Assembly: GCA_041476545.1 (NCBI GenBank) | Contig: JBGOTP010000003.1 | Span: 1 to 47,215, forward strand | Direction: 5' to 3' | Length of the DNA: 47,215 nucleotides | From: Vicinamibacteria bacterium | GTDB lineage: Bacteria; Acidobacteriota; Vicinamibacteria; Vicinamibacterales; CAVVIG01 | Shown here: positions 36,494 through 46,610 of the stretch, piece after piece | Layout of the letters: each line of letters opens with the position of its first letter | Position numbering within the stretch: position 1 is the first letter of the stretch | Program-made: the position numbers and the translations under genes | The notes under the pieces: model-generated | The model's input: the letters and a program-made list of their open reading frames with translations, nothing else | Database searches by the model: none | Told to the model about the DNA's origin: nothing

Positions 36494-36874
36494 ATGGGTG
36501 GCGAGCCCGTTTTGATCGTCGATGACAACGAGTTGAACCTGAAGATGACGCGTGCGTTGCTGACAAAAGCGGGCTACGACGTTCGAACGGCCTCGGACAG
36601 CTCGAGTGCGCTCGGCGCGCTCACGGCCTTCAAGCCGCGTCTGATCCTGATGGACATTCAGCTTCCTGGCGTCGATGGGCTGGAGTTGACCAGGGCGATC
36701 AAGAGCGACCCCGCGACTCAGGGCGTCAAAATCCTGGCCGTGACCGCCTACTCGTCGAAGGGAGACGAGGCGAAGGCGATGCTGGCTGGCTGCGACGGGT
36801 ATGTGACCAAACCGATCGATACGCGTGCGCTGCCCGGTATCGTGAGACGACATCTCGATGGGCCCGCCGCGTAA
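36494..36874 (+). CDS. Single-domain response regulator (DivK-like)
   Basis: VLIVDDNELN, LMDIQLPGVDG, AVTAY, AGCDGYVTKP; SD GGAGGA upstream. Confidence 0.92.
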   Translation: MGGEPVLIVDDNELNLKMTRALLTKAGYDVRTASDSSSALGALTAFKPRLILMDIQLPGVDGLELTRAIKSDPATQGVKILAVTAYSSKGDEAKAMLAGCDGYVTKPIDTRALPGIVRRHLDGPAA

Positions 36875-39800
36875 GACGCGTGTCCTCGCGTGGGTCTTGT
36901 TCCTCCTGTGTGCGAGCATCGAGGCCAAAGCCGAGGTGCCGTGGGCGGTGTACTACGCCGATCGCGCAGCGTCGCAGGAGTTCAGCGCGTTTCGCCTGCT
37001 CGTGCTCGACAGCGAGCATCACCCGCCCCTTGCCCCCCTGGCCGCAGACGGGAAGATCCTGCTCGGCTACATCAGCCTGGGCGAAGTCGAAAGCCACAAG
37101 CCGTACTTCGCCGCCATGCAGCGGGAGGGCATCCTGCTGCAGGAAAACGAGAACTGGAAGGGGAGCTTTTCTGTCGACGTCCGCGATCGCCGCTGGCCGG
37201 CGCGCGTTCTCGATCTCTTGATCCCGCAGATCCTCAACGCCGGCTTCGCGGGCGTGTTTCTCGATACCCTCGACAATCCAGCTCACCTCGAACGCACCGA
37301 CTCGAAGAAGTACGCCGGGATGACAGCCGCCGCCGCGGCTCTCGTTGGCGCGATACGCCGGCGCTACCCGACGATCCCGATCATGATGAACAGGGGCTAC
37401 GAGCTGTTGCCGCAAGTCGAGGCGGATATCGACTACGAGCTCGGCGAGTCCGTGTTCGCCGCCTACGATTTCCGGACCAAGCGCTACGCCGCCGTGCCTC
37501 CGGCGCAGTATCGGCAGCAGGTCCAGATGCTCAAGGCCGCCGGGCGGCGCCAGAAGACATTACAGGTCTTCACGCTCGACTACTGGAACCCCGCCGACGG
37601 CACTGGTGTCGAGCGGATTTACCAGGAGCAACGCAAGAACGGCTTCAGTCCCTACGTCGCGACGATCGACCTCGATCGCATCGTGCCGGAGCCCACGCGG
37701 ACCGCGCCGGAGCCCGCGCGGGGCCAGGCTGCCCTTGTGCCGCGCACGATTCTCGCCCTCTATGACAGTCGCTACGACGAGGACGTCCGGCGTCTCCCGA
37801 TTCATCAGATTACGGAAATGCCGCTGAACCACCTCGGTCTGCTCGTCCGGTATCACGACATCAACACACCCCTTCCGCCGCTCGCACAGATGCAGGACGT
37901 CCGCGGAGTCCTGACCTGGTTCCGCGACGATTCCATGTTGGACCCCCTGGGCTTTCTCACGTGGGCGACAGCCGCAATGGATGAGGGCAAGAAGTTCGTC
38001 GTGGTCGGAGACCCGAGCGCCACATTCGATCTCAAGAAACATCTGACGCCGCCGGCCGCGCTCGCCGGGTTCTGGTCGCGGCTCGGGCTGCGCAACGACG
38101 GCGAGTGGAAGACGATCACGTACGACTTGAAGATCGCCTACCGGGATCCGGCGATTGTCGAATTCGAGCGCCCGTTCGCGGGCGTCCTGCCGGGCTTTCC
38201 CAGGATGACGAAGATCGATCCCCTCACGACGTCGCACCTGGTGATTCGCAAGGGCGACGATCCGCGCAGCGACTCCGAATTGCTCGTCATCGGACCTCAC
38301 GGCGCGTATGTCGCGCCCGGATACCTGCATTTCTCGCGGACCGACGATTCGCCCCGCCGCCAGTGGTACGTCAACCCGTTCGAGTTCTTCCGGACGGCGT
38401 ACAGCACCGACGAGATACCGAAGCTGGATACCTCGACCATCTCCGGACGACGGATTTTTTACAGCCACGTCGACGGCGACGGCTGGAGGAACCTGACCGA
38501 GATCGCGCGATACAAACCGCGCAAAGCACTGTCGGCCGAGGTGATCCTCGAGGACGTCCTCAAAGCATTCCCCGACCTGCCCGTGACCGTCGCGCCGGTC
38601 GTGGCCGATCTCGACCCCGCCTGGAGCGGCACGAAGGAGAGTCTTCGCGTCGCGAAGGCCATATTCGCGTTGCCCAACGTCGAGGCGGGGACGCACACCT
38701 ACAGCCATCCGCTCGACTGGCAGGTGGCCGAGGCCGAGCCGCGCACGGCGTCGAACGCCGGCTTCCTGGCCCGTGTTCTCGCGTGGTTTGGCTACGGCGT
38801 GCAGGCCCAGGCGACCTCGGAGATCCGCACCGACCGGACCGATGTGGTGGTCACCAACAAACAACGGCTTGGCGCGCGCTCGTACAACACGCGTCCGTTC
38901 AGTCTGGATCTCGAGGTCCGCCAATCGATGGACTTCATCAACACGCTCCTGCCTCCTGGAAAGCGCGTCAAGATCCTGCAATGGTCCGGCAACACCTCGC
39001 CATCCGCGCGGGTCATCGCGGCGACGAGGGCGGCTGGTCTTCGGAACCTGAACGGCGGCGATACCCGCTTCGATCCGGAGTTCAAGTCGTACGGGTGGGT
39101 GTCCCCCTTGGGAAAACAGGTGGGAGACGAGCATCAGATCTACGCGTCCAATAGCAACGAGAACACGTATACGGACCTGTGGACCGACCGGTTTTTCGCC
39201 TTCCGGTATCTCGAGACCACCCTGAAGAACACGGAAAGCCCCATCCGCGTGAAGCCCCACAACGTGTACTTTCACATGTACTCGGGCGAGAAGCTGCCCG
39301 GTGCGCTCGCCGTGCTCGAGAACTATCGGTACGCCCGTGGCCAGGAGCTGGCCCCGGTGACCGCGTCCAACTATGCCGCCATCGTCGACGGATTCTTCAG
39401 CGCGCGGATCGTCAAGGTCGGCGATCGGCAATGGCGCATCGAGAACCGCGACGCGCTTCAAACGATCCGCTTCGATCGCAGCGCCGCCGTTTCGGTGGAC
39501 TTTTCCAAATCGAGCGGCGTCATCGGACAGCGGGTGTATCAGGGCAGCCTGTATGTGAGCCTGGACGCCGCCGATACGCGCCCGGTTGTGGCGCTGACCG
39601 ACGCGCCCGCGCAGGGACCCTACCTCAGTCATTCGAGGTGGCAGGTGTCACACCTGCAACGCCGTGGCGGTGGGTTCCTGTTCAGCACCCAAGGATTCGG
39701 CGCTGGCGAGTCGATCTGGAAGGTGGCGCCGAATCAACGCTTCGCGATTCGAGTCACCTCGCATAACGGCACCGCCTCGCAGAGCCTGCGATCGGACCGC

Positions 39801-39881
39801 GATGGCATCCTGTCGCTTCGAGTCGTCGGCGCGCCCGATGAGCTGGTGCAGGTGAGCGTCATCCCGGAGGACGCGCCGTGA
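36858..39881 (+). CDS. pelA: PelA-like bifunctional alpha-1,4-galactosaminidase (GH166/GH114-like) and deacetylase
   Basis: Signal peptide, WAVYY, GYISLGE, GVFLDTLD, NRGY, then SHVDGDGW, HTYSHP, LQWSGN, NLNGG, NENTYT and YFHMYS. Confidence 0.85.
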   Translation: MGPPRKTRVLAWVLFLLCASIEAKAEVPWAVYYADRAASQEFSAFRLLVLDSEHHPPLAPLAADGKILLGYISLGEVESHKPYFAAMQREGILLQENENWKGSFSVDVRDRRWPARVLDLLIPQILNAGFAGVFLDTLDNPAHLERTDSKKYAGMTAAAAALVGAIRRRYPTIPIMMNRGYELLPQVEADIDYELGESVFAAYDFRTKRYAAVPPAQYRQQVQMLKAAGRRQKTLQVFTLDYWNPADGTGVERIYQEQRKNGFSPYVATIDLDRIVPEPTRTAPEPARGQAALVPRTILALYDSRYDEDVRRLPIHQITEMPLNHLGLLVRYHDINTPLPPLAQMQDVRGVLTWFRDDSMLDPLGFLTWATAAMDEGKKFVVVGDPSATFDLKKHLTPPAALAGFWSRLGLRNDGEWKTITYDLKIAYRDPAIVEFERPFAGVLPGFPRMTKIDPLTTSHLVIRKGDDPRSDSELLVIGPHGAYVAPGYLHFSRTDDSPRRQWYVNPFEFFRTAYSTDEIPKLDTSTISGRRIFYSHVDGDGWRNLTEIARYKPRKALSAEVILEDVLKAFPDLPVTVAPVVADLDPAWSGTKESLRVAKAIFALPNVEAGTHTYSHPLDWQVAEAEPRTASNAGFLARVLAWFGYGVQAQATSEIRTDRTDVVVTNKQRLGARSYNTRPFSLDLEVRQSMDFINTLLPPGKRVKILQWSGNTSPSARVIAATRAAGLRNLNGGDTRFDPEFKSYGWVSPLGKQVGDEHQIYASNSNENTYTDLWTDRFFAFRYLETTLKNTESPIRVKPHNVYFHMYSGEKLPGALAVLENYRYARGQELAPVTASNYAAIVDGFFSARIVKVGDRQWRIENRDALQTIRFDRSAAVSVDFSKSSGVIGQRVYQGSLYVSLDAADTRPVVALTDAPAQGPYLSHSRWQVSHLQRRGGGFLFSTQGFGAGESIWKVAPNQRFAIRVTSHNGTASQSLRSDRDGILSLRVVGAPDELVQVSVIPEDAP

Positions 39882-42838
39882 GGCCCCGGCACTACATCAT
39901 CTTCGTCGGCCTGTTGATCGTGGGCCTCAGCGGCAGCCTGTTGCTCGTGGCGCGTGAGCCAGAGCTCGCGTTGATCGACTTGCGCGACAAGGAATTCGAC
40001 CGGGCGCTTGGGCGCTATGAACAGCGCCTGGCCTCGGGGGATGTCTCGGTGTCGGTCGTGATACCCCTCTGCCAGCTGTACCTGCAGTTCGGGAAAATCG
40101 ATGCCGCGGTGACGCTGATGGAGCGCTTCGTTCGCGACAACCCATCGAACCTCGATGCCGAGCGGCAGCTGGCGCGGTACTACCAGATGTCCCAGCGCGC
40201 GGAGGACTACCTTCGCGTGATGGAGCACCTCGTGACCCTCGATCCGAATCCGTCGGAAGCGACGCTGCGGGAGCTGTCGGACATCTACAACTTCAGGGGT
40301 GATCTTCCGCGGCAGATCCTGACGCTCCAGAACCTGATCCGCAGGTATCCGAAGGAGCCGCACGATCTGCTGGACCTGGCGAATCTCCAGGCGGCCCACG
40401 GGCAACTGGCGGAGGCAGCCGGGACGCTCGAGAAGCTCCAGGCGGCCCAACCTGACTCCACGCCGCTCGACACGTTTCACTTCCTCCTGAGCGTCCTCCT
40501 CGACTCCGGTCAAAGCGAGGAGGCGGATCGACGCGCACATCAGTGGCTCGTACACCATCCGGATCCGGACACCGCCGCGGGGTTCGCGTCGCTGATGAGC
40601 GGCAAGGGGCAGAAGGGAAAGGCGCTCGTACTGCTCGAGGCCTACGAGCCGAGCGCCGATACCAATCAAGCCGTGCTGATGGAGCTGACGCAACTGGAGG
40701 GGAGCAGCGGACAACAGGATCGTGCGCTCAAGCGACTGGACCGTCTCTTTGCCGCCAATCGGCTGCCCGATGGCGTGCTCGAGCCGTATCTCGATTTGCT
40801 GTTGTCCAGCCACCAGGTGTCCACCGCCCTGGACGTCACGGCTCACCGCGACATCCGGGCGCTGCCGCCATGGCTGCTGTCGAATCTGGCCGATGCGGCG
40901 GCGTCGAGCGCGCGGCGCGATGTGGCCGACTACCTCACGAGTTCCCTTGGCGAGGCCTACCTGAGCGGCCAGCCGCTGCTGGCCGCTCGTGTGGCGATCG
41001 CACGCGACGATCGGCGAACCGCCGTACGGCTGCTCGCGACCCTTGCGCTCGAACCCGACACGCCGGAGACGATGCTCGTCGATCTCGCCAATCTGTATTT
41101 GCAGACCAACGCCGCGGATGGTCTGACGCTGTTCGAGACCGTGCGCGATCGCCGACACTCAGCCGTCATTGACGCGCGCTGGGCGCTCATCGAAGCCAAG
41201 GCTGGTTCGGAGGCCAAGGTCACAGGTTGGCTCAAGAGCGCTGACGACCGCGTCCTCGCGGATGACCTCGTCGAGAGTCTGTACTTCACGGCTCAGGACA
41301 CCGGGAAGAAGACGCTGGCCGTCCTGGCCGCGGAGCGGCTCTACCGACGGCGCCGGACCGGCCCCAATCGCCTTCACCTCGCAACGGCGCTCGTGGCCGC
41401 CGGCAGGCCGATCGACGCGCTTCCGCATCTGCGCGAACTGAAGAGCGGGAATGCCGACGCCGAGCCGTTGTATCTCGAAGCCCTCACCGAGGCCGTCCGA
41501 CAGGGCGCGCCGCAGGACGAGCTGCGGACGTTCTGGACCCGCAAGCTCACCGCACCGAAACTGCCCGATGCCAAACGGCAGGAAATCGTGTACGCGCTGC
41601 TCGACCTCAAGGCGTACGACGCGGCCCTGCCGGCCCTCTTCGCTCTGGCCACCGTGCACGGGGACTCTTGGTTGTTTGCCGCGACCGAGACCGCCGTGAA
41701 GGCGGGCCGAAAGACGGACCTCATCGAGTTTCTGAAGGGTGAAGTGCGCCGACGGGATCTTCCGTTGGCGGACCGCGGCGTTCGCCTTCAGCTCCTGCGG
41801 GAACACGGTGGCGACGCTGTCGCGTTGCCCGACGTTCGTCAGTTCGCCGAGGCTGGCAGTTCGGAGTGGGTGTCGGCGTACGAAGAATCGCTGGCCGGAC
41901 TCGGGAGGAAGGCGGAACTCGCCGCGTTCTGGAAGGCGCGTTCGGCGCGCACGGATGTGAGCGCCTTGGACAAGCGCGGCATCGCGTTCCGCAGCCTCGA
42001 GGCGGGCGAAAAGAAACTCGCCGAGGGACTCTTCCTGGATCTGGCGCGGGACGCCCCCGCCGAGAGTCCAGATGTGGCGCAGCTCCTCTTCATCTGGGGG
42101 CCGCGGCCGACCCCGGCGTCGCTCGACTGGATCGAACGGCGCGCGCGCGCAGCTTCGGGGACCGAGCGGGAGGCCTGGATGCAGCACCTGCTCAACGCAG
42201 GGGCAACTCGGCGCGTTGTCGAGATTGGGCGCGGCGGTGAGGTCTCCGACGTGTATCTGCAGGCCCTGGCGGTCGTGGGAGACGGCGCGGGACTGTCGGC
42301 GGCGATCAGCACGCGGATGCAGGCGACCACCGCCCCGGCCGACCTCCGTCGCCTGGGTCGACTGGCGCTCGAACTGAACCAGACCGCGACTGCGCGCGCG
42401 GCGTTCACGAAGCTGGTGACAATGGCGCCCGCGGACGCGGAGGCGCACCGTCGTCTCGGCCTGCTCGCCTACGCCGAGTCGAACATGACCGCGGCGAGGC
42501 CGCATCTGGAATCCGCCCTCCGCGTCGCGCCACACGACTGGGAGAGCGAGTTCGCGTTGGCGGAGATTCTCGGCAGCGCCGGACAGTCGGCGCCGGCTCG
42601 CCAGCGCTACGCCAGCGCCGTGGCGGATCTCGACCGCGCGACGCCCCAAACGCTCCAGTCGAAGACCACGAGAGCCGTGGCGTTGTCCCGGTTGGGACGC
42701 GTGGACGAGGCGATCGCCGCCTTCGACGCGCTCCTCCGTGAGCAACCCGACAACAAACATCTCCGAGCCGACTATGCAGCCGTCCTGTTGCAGTCCGGCA
42801 GAAACGACGAGGGGCGCCGTGTTCTTGCCGCTCGCTAG
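39878..42838 (+). CDS. Large TPR-rich protein (PelB periplasmic-scaffold-like), no beta-barrel
   Basis: N-terminal hydrophobic segment, helical TPR-like repeats up to the C-terminus, GTGA coupling to pelA. Confidence 0.75.
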   Translation: MRPRHYIIFVGLLIVGLSGSLLLVAREPELALIDLRDKEFDRALGRYEQRLASGDVSVSVVIPLCQLYLQFGKIDAAVTLMERFVRDNPSNLDAERQLARYYQMSQRAEDYLRVMEHLVTLDPNPSEATLRELSDIYNFRGDLPRQILTLQNLIRRYPKEPHDLLDLANLQAAHGQLAEAAGTLEKLQAAQPDSTPLDTFHFLLSVLLDSGQSEEADRRAHQWLVHHPDPDTAAGFASLMSGKGQKGKALVLLEAYEPSADTNQAVLMELTQLEGSSGQQDRALKRLDRLFAANRLPDGVLEPYLDLLLSSHQVSTALDVTAHRDIRALPPWLLSNLADAAASSARRDVADYLTSSLGEAYLSGQPLLAARVAIARDDRRTAVRLLATLALEPDTPETMLVDLANLYLQTNAADGLTLFETVRDRRHSAVIDARWALIEAKAGSEAKVTGWLKSADDRVLADDLVESLYFTAQDTGKKTLAVLAAERLYRRRRTGPNRLHLATALVAAGRPIDALPHLRELKSGNADAEPLYLEALTEAVRQGAPQDELRTFWTRKLTAPKLPDAKRQEIVYALLDLKAYDAALPALFALATVHGDSWLFAATETAVKAGRKTDLIEFLKGEVRRRDLPLADRGVRLQLLREHGGDAVALPDVRQFAEAGSSEWVSAYEESLAGLGRKAELAAFWKARSARTDVSALDKRGIAFRSLEAGEKKLAEGLFLDLARDAPAESPDVAQLLFIWGPRPTPASLDWIERRARAASGTEREAWMQHLLNAGATRRVVEIGRGGEVSDVYLQALAVVGDGAGLSAAISTRMQATTAPADLRRLGRLALELNQTATARAAFTKLVTMAPADAEAHRRLGLLAYAESNMTAARPHLESALRVAPHDWESEFALAEILGSAGQSAPARQRYASAVADLDRATPQTLQSKTTRAVALSRLGRVDEAIAAFDALLREQPDNKHLRADYAAVLLQSGRNDEGRRVLAAR

Positions 42839-44195
42839 CCTCCTGGTGTCGACGCTCCTTGTCGCGGACCCCGTGTCGGTCCGCGCGCAGCCGACCGCCG
42901 GGGGGGGTACAGTCACACTGGACTGGTCGTCGCCGACGACCTTCACCACCGCCGTCGATGGTCGTGAGCTCCTCGTCCAATTCGGCCGTCCGCTGGAGCT
43001 TGGCGAGACGCCGCGGTTGGAAGATGCGTTGAAGGAGACGCTGTCCGGATGGATTGAAGCCGTCACCACCGGTTTCGATACGCTGCTGATACGCGCGGCG
43101 CGCGACGCCCGCTTCACGGTCACTGCCACCGGCCCACTCATCGTTATCGAGATGACTGTCGCGATCCGCACTGAGCAGGCCCCGCCGTCCCTCGACGACA
43201 CGCTGGCCGAGCGTCGGCTGGATCTACTCCGCGCGCAGCTGGCGATGGCCGAGGGACGCTGGACGCGCGCGGATCGGCTTCTTGCGACGGCCGTCGAGGG
43301 ACATCCGCAGGATCGCGAGGCGGCGGACTTGCGCGCGCAGGTGCGTGCGGACCAGGGCGGCAGGGCACGGGTCGACCTCGTCGTCAAGGACGTTCAACAC
43401 GCGCAGACCGAGCGCGTCAGCCGCGTCAGCACCCACGGATTTGTCGGCGGCTATCTTCGCATCGGCGGTGAGTTTGAGGATGACGAGGCGACGCGCCCTG
43501 GCTCCATCTACAGGCGTCAGCGCGCTGACGTGTACGTCCAGCAGGACTTCGACGCAGGTGGCGACCTGCGCATCTCAGGTTTTGGCACCCGGTCGAGTCT
43601 GGGCGGTGGGCTGCACTACGGCCAGCCTGACGCGACTGGCCGCACGCAGGTTCAGGTCGAGTACCGCCGTCCGTTCTGGGAGTTCGTGGAAGGGTTGCTG
43701 GGCGACGGCACCCGCGACCGGGTGGACATTCACCGGGACCAGCGGTTCGGGTCGCGCGTTTCGGGCCGCGTGACGGCGGCGTTCAATCGGTACGGCCTGG
43801 GCGGCGCAGCCGACGTCGCCCGCTCGATCGCCTTCGATGGCGGGCTGAACGTGATGCCTCGGCGATCCAATCCCGCCGTGGGTTTCGAATATGGTCTCGA
43901 CGTCGAGTCGCCACGCGGTGTCGTCGCCGTCACACTACCGCTCGTCAGCCGCGAAGTGCACGCGGGAAGCGGCACCGTGCAGGCCCGCTTTTCCAGGCAT
44001 CTCTCCGCGGACGCGACCGCCGGCTACGTCTGGGACAGACTGGGCGGACACGGTCCGTTCACGACGGCACGAATCAGGCTTGGCGGGCCACGCCGAGTCG
44101 CGTTCGAGCTGTCCTACGACCGCCGGCTCAACTCGGTGGCGACAGGCCAGATCGTCACGCGCACGGGCGGTTTCCTCAACTGGCGGTTCGACTGA
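42819..44195 (+). CDS. Putative outer-membrane beta-barrel (PelB porin-like) with short N-terminal beta domain and TPR-like helices
   Basis: Signal peptide from GTG 42819, alternating amphipathic G/R/Y-rich strands, and C-terminus GGFLNWRFD. Confidence 0.65.
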   Translation: MFLPLASLLVSTLLVADPVSVRAQPTAGGGTVTLDWSSPTTFTTAVDGRELLVQFGRPLELGETPRLEDALKETLSGWIEAVTTGFDTLLIRAARDARFTVTATGPLIVIEMTVAIRTEQAPPSLDDTLAERRLDLLRAQLAMAEGRWTRADRLLATAVEGHPQDREAADLRAQVRADQGGRARVDLVVKDVQHAQTERVSRVSTHGFVGGYLRIGGEFEDDEATRPGSIYRRQRADVYVQQDFDAGGDLRISGFGTRSSLGGGLHYGQPDATGRTQVQVEYRRPFWEFVEGLLGDGTRDRVDIHRDQRFGSRVSGRVTAAFNRYGLGGAADVARSIAFDGGLNVMPRRSNPAVGFEYGLDVESPRGVVAVTLPLVSREVHAGSGTVQARFSRHLSADATAGYVWDRLGGHGPFTTARIRLGGPRRVAFELSYDRRLNSVATGQIVTRTGGFLNWRFD

Positions 44196-45589
44196 TGAGC
44201 AAGCCCCTCGAGCCGCCGATGATCCTGGGCGTGCGCCGCTCGGCCATCCTCGAGGTCGTGCTCTATCTGACGGCGGCGCTCGTGCTGGATCAGTTTCTGT
44301 TCGAGGGCAACCGCTATCGCTCCGTGTCGCCGCATCCGTTCTGGCCCATCGTCCTGCTGACCGCGGTTCAGTACGGAACGACCGAGGCGGTCGTCGCCGC
44401 GGTCCTGGCGAGCGTGGCCCTGCTTGCCGGTCACATCCCCGAGCAATCGATCTCGCAGGATCAATACGAGTACGTGTTGATGCTCGTGCGCGAGCCCGTC
44501 ATGTGGTTCGTGGCGGCCATCGCGTTCGGAGAGCTGCGCATGCGGCACATACGCGAGCGGAGCGCGCTTCAGCTCGACCTCGGCGGCGCGTTGAAGCGCG
44601 AGCAGGATGTCAGCGAGGGGTACAGCCGGCTCACGGTGGTGAAGGACAACCTCGAGACGCGAATCGCCGGACAGTTGCGGAGCGCGATCACGATGTACCA
44701 GGCCGCGCGGAGCCTGGAAAAAATGGACCCGAGCGAGGTGCTGCTGAACGTTATGGACGTCGTGCGCATCATCATGAACCCGGAGAAGTTTTCGCTGTAC
44801 CTGCTGGAGAACGATGTCCTCGAGGTCTGCACCGGAGAGGGATGGACGTCGGACGAGTCGCTGAGCCGCATCTTCCGTCCCGATTCGCGCCTGTTTCACG
44901 AGGTGATTGCGCGACAGCGGGTGGTGTGCGGCGCCAATGAGGAGGACGAGAGGATCCTCGCCGGTGAAGGCATCCTCGCCGGCCCGCTGATGGATCGCGA
45001 AACCGGCCAGGTCATCGGCATGCTGAAGGTCGAGCGCATCGGTTTCTTCGAGCTGCACTTCAGCAATGTCCAGACGTTTGGCGTGCTCTGCGACTGGATC
45101 GCCGACGCCTACGTCAACGCGCGTCGTTTCCAGACGGCCGAGTCCGACTCGTTCGTGGATCCCGCCACCGGCCTCCTGTCGTATTCGTTGTTCGAGCGGC
45201 AGACCACGTACGTGCGTGCGCTCGGCGAGGGCCTGGGCTTCAGCCTGTCGACGCTGCTCGTGAGCGTGGACAACGAGGACGCCTTGACCGTCGAGGATCG
45301 CGCCCGGATGCCACGGGCTGCCGCGGCCGCGATCAGGCACGCCCTGCGCCAGACGGATCAGGTGTTCGACGGCAGTGGGTCGGGTCACTTCTGCTGCATC
45401 CTGATGCCGGGCACCAGCCGGGAGGAGGCCGCACGCGTTGGTGATCGCATCCTGTTCGACCTGAGCCAGATCGACGGCGACGCCAAATTCTCATACGTGA
45501 TACAGCACCTCGACCCGTCTCCACTGGGCCGCAACGATCCCACCCGCCTCGGTCCATCAGTTGACGACGTTCACTATGCAACCGCTTGA
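44195..45589 (+). CDS. pelD: PelD-like c-di-GMP receptor (TM, coiled coil, GAF, degenerate GGDEF)
   Basis: 4 TM segments with PHPFW..QYG, a GAF domain, DPATGL, I-site RQTD (RxxD), no GGDEF motif; TGATG coupling. Confidence 0.8.
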   Translation: MSKPLEPPMILGVRRSAILEVVLYLTAALVLDQFLFEGNRYRSVSPHPFWPIVLLTAVQYGTTEAVVAAVLASVALLAGHIPEQSISQDQYEYVLMLVREPVMWFVAAIAFGELRMRHIRERSALQLDLGGALKREQDVSEGYSRLTVVKDNLETRIAGQLRSAITMYQAARSLEKMDPSEVLLNVMDVVRIIMNPEKFSLYLLENDVLEVCTGEGWTSDESLSRIFRPDSRLFHEVIARQRVVCGANEEDERILAGEGILAGPLMDRETGQVIGMLKVERIGFFELHFSNVQTFGVLCDWIADAYVNARRFQTAESDSFVDPATGLLSYSLFERQTTYVRALGEGLGFSLSTLLVSVDNEDALTVEDRARMPRAAAAAIRHALRQTDQVFDGSGSGHFCCILMPGTSREEAARVGDRILFDLSQIDGDAKFSYVIQHLDPSPLGRNDPTRLGPSVDDVHYATA

Positions 45590-46610
45590 GGCGCCGGCCG
45601 CCACCGTCGTCGTCATCGGAGCGGCGTTGGCCGTCGATCTCGCCGCGCTTCTTGGAGCGACAGTCGGTGCGTGGCCGACGTGGCTGGCCCCCACCGTTCA
45701 CCTGTCGCTCGTCGCGGCCCTGGCGGCGTGGTCGTATGGCGTGCCCAGGTGCCGGGCTGACCTCCGGCTGCCGCTGCTGCTGACGATGATGACGGCGTTT
45801 CTCGGGCCGTTTGGGGCCGCAGGCGTCCTGCTGATGGTGGTCCTGGTCCGGGCGTACGGGAAATCCACGGAATCATTTGAGGTCTGGTTTGCGGCGCTGT
45901 TTCCCGATCAGGTCGAGCCGACAAACGGCCTCTGGCAGAACGTCCTGCTGTCCAATGCGCCGAACCCGGGCCGTGTGGGTGTGACGCCGTTTTCCGACAT
46001 TCTGTTTTTCGGCAGCCTCGCCCAGAAGCAGGATCTGATTTCGCTCATCTCCAAACAGTTCCGCCCCGCCTTCGCGCCGGTCCTTCGACTGGCCATCGAC
46101 GACTCGAACAACGGGATTCGCGTGCAGGCCGCGTCGGCGATCACCAAGATTGAAGACGGCTTCCTCCCGCGGACGCTGGAGCTCTCGGCCGCCGTCCAGG
46201 CGAATCCGGCCGATGCGTCGCTGCTGCTGAAACTTGCGCAGCTCCACGACGAGTACGTGAGCGCGGGGTTGCTCGATCCCGAGCGGGCGCGAGCGAGCCG
46301 GAGCCAGGCGCTGGCCGCGTACGCGGACTACCTGGCGCTGCGTCCCGACGACCTCGAGGCGCGGCTCTCGGCCGGACGGCTCCTCATCGCCGGAGGCCAA
46401 TATGAGGAGGCGGCTCGATGGGTCGAAGCCTCGCTTGAACAGAACGCCGACTCCGTGCCGCTGCGGCTGCTGTACATGGAGGCGCTGTTTCACCTCAATC
46501 GGTGGACGGACCTGAGGCGATTCGCGGCGTCGAGTCGCGCCACCTGCGGCGGCGACGCCGTCTCGCTCGAGGCGCACGAAACGGTGAAGCTGTGGGCGGG
46601 AGCGGCGTGA
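45576..46610 (+). CDS. pelE: PelE-like membrane protein with HEAT/TPR domain
   Basis: N-terminal TM segments (FLGPFG), LRLAIDD..NGIRVQAA HEAT-like motif, TPR-like helices; lies between pelD and pelF. Confidence 0.72.
   Translation: MQPLEAPAATVVVIGAALAVDLAALLGATVGAWPTWLAPTVHLSLVAALAAWSYGVPRCRADLRLPLLLTMMTAFLGPFGAAGVLLMVVLVRAYGKSTESFEVWFAALFPDQVEPTNGLWQNVLLSNAPNPGRVGVTPFSDILFFGSLAQKQDLISLISKQFRPAFAPVLRLAIDDSNNGIRVQAASAITKIEDGFLPRTLELSAAVQANPADASLLLKLAQLHDEYVSAGLLDPERARASRSQALAAYADYLALRPDDLEARLSAGRLLIAGGQYEEAARWVEASLEQNADSVPLRLLYMEALFHLNRWTDLRRFAASSRATCGGDAVSLEAHETVKLWAGAA

Noticed and set aside
37560-45388. Long minus-strand ORFs opposite the pel genes, and similar ones elsewhere
   Set aside because: These are typical high-GC antisense open frames with no recognisable motifs.
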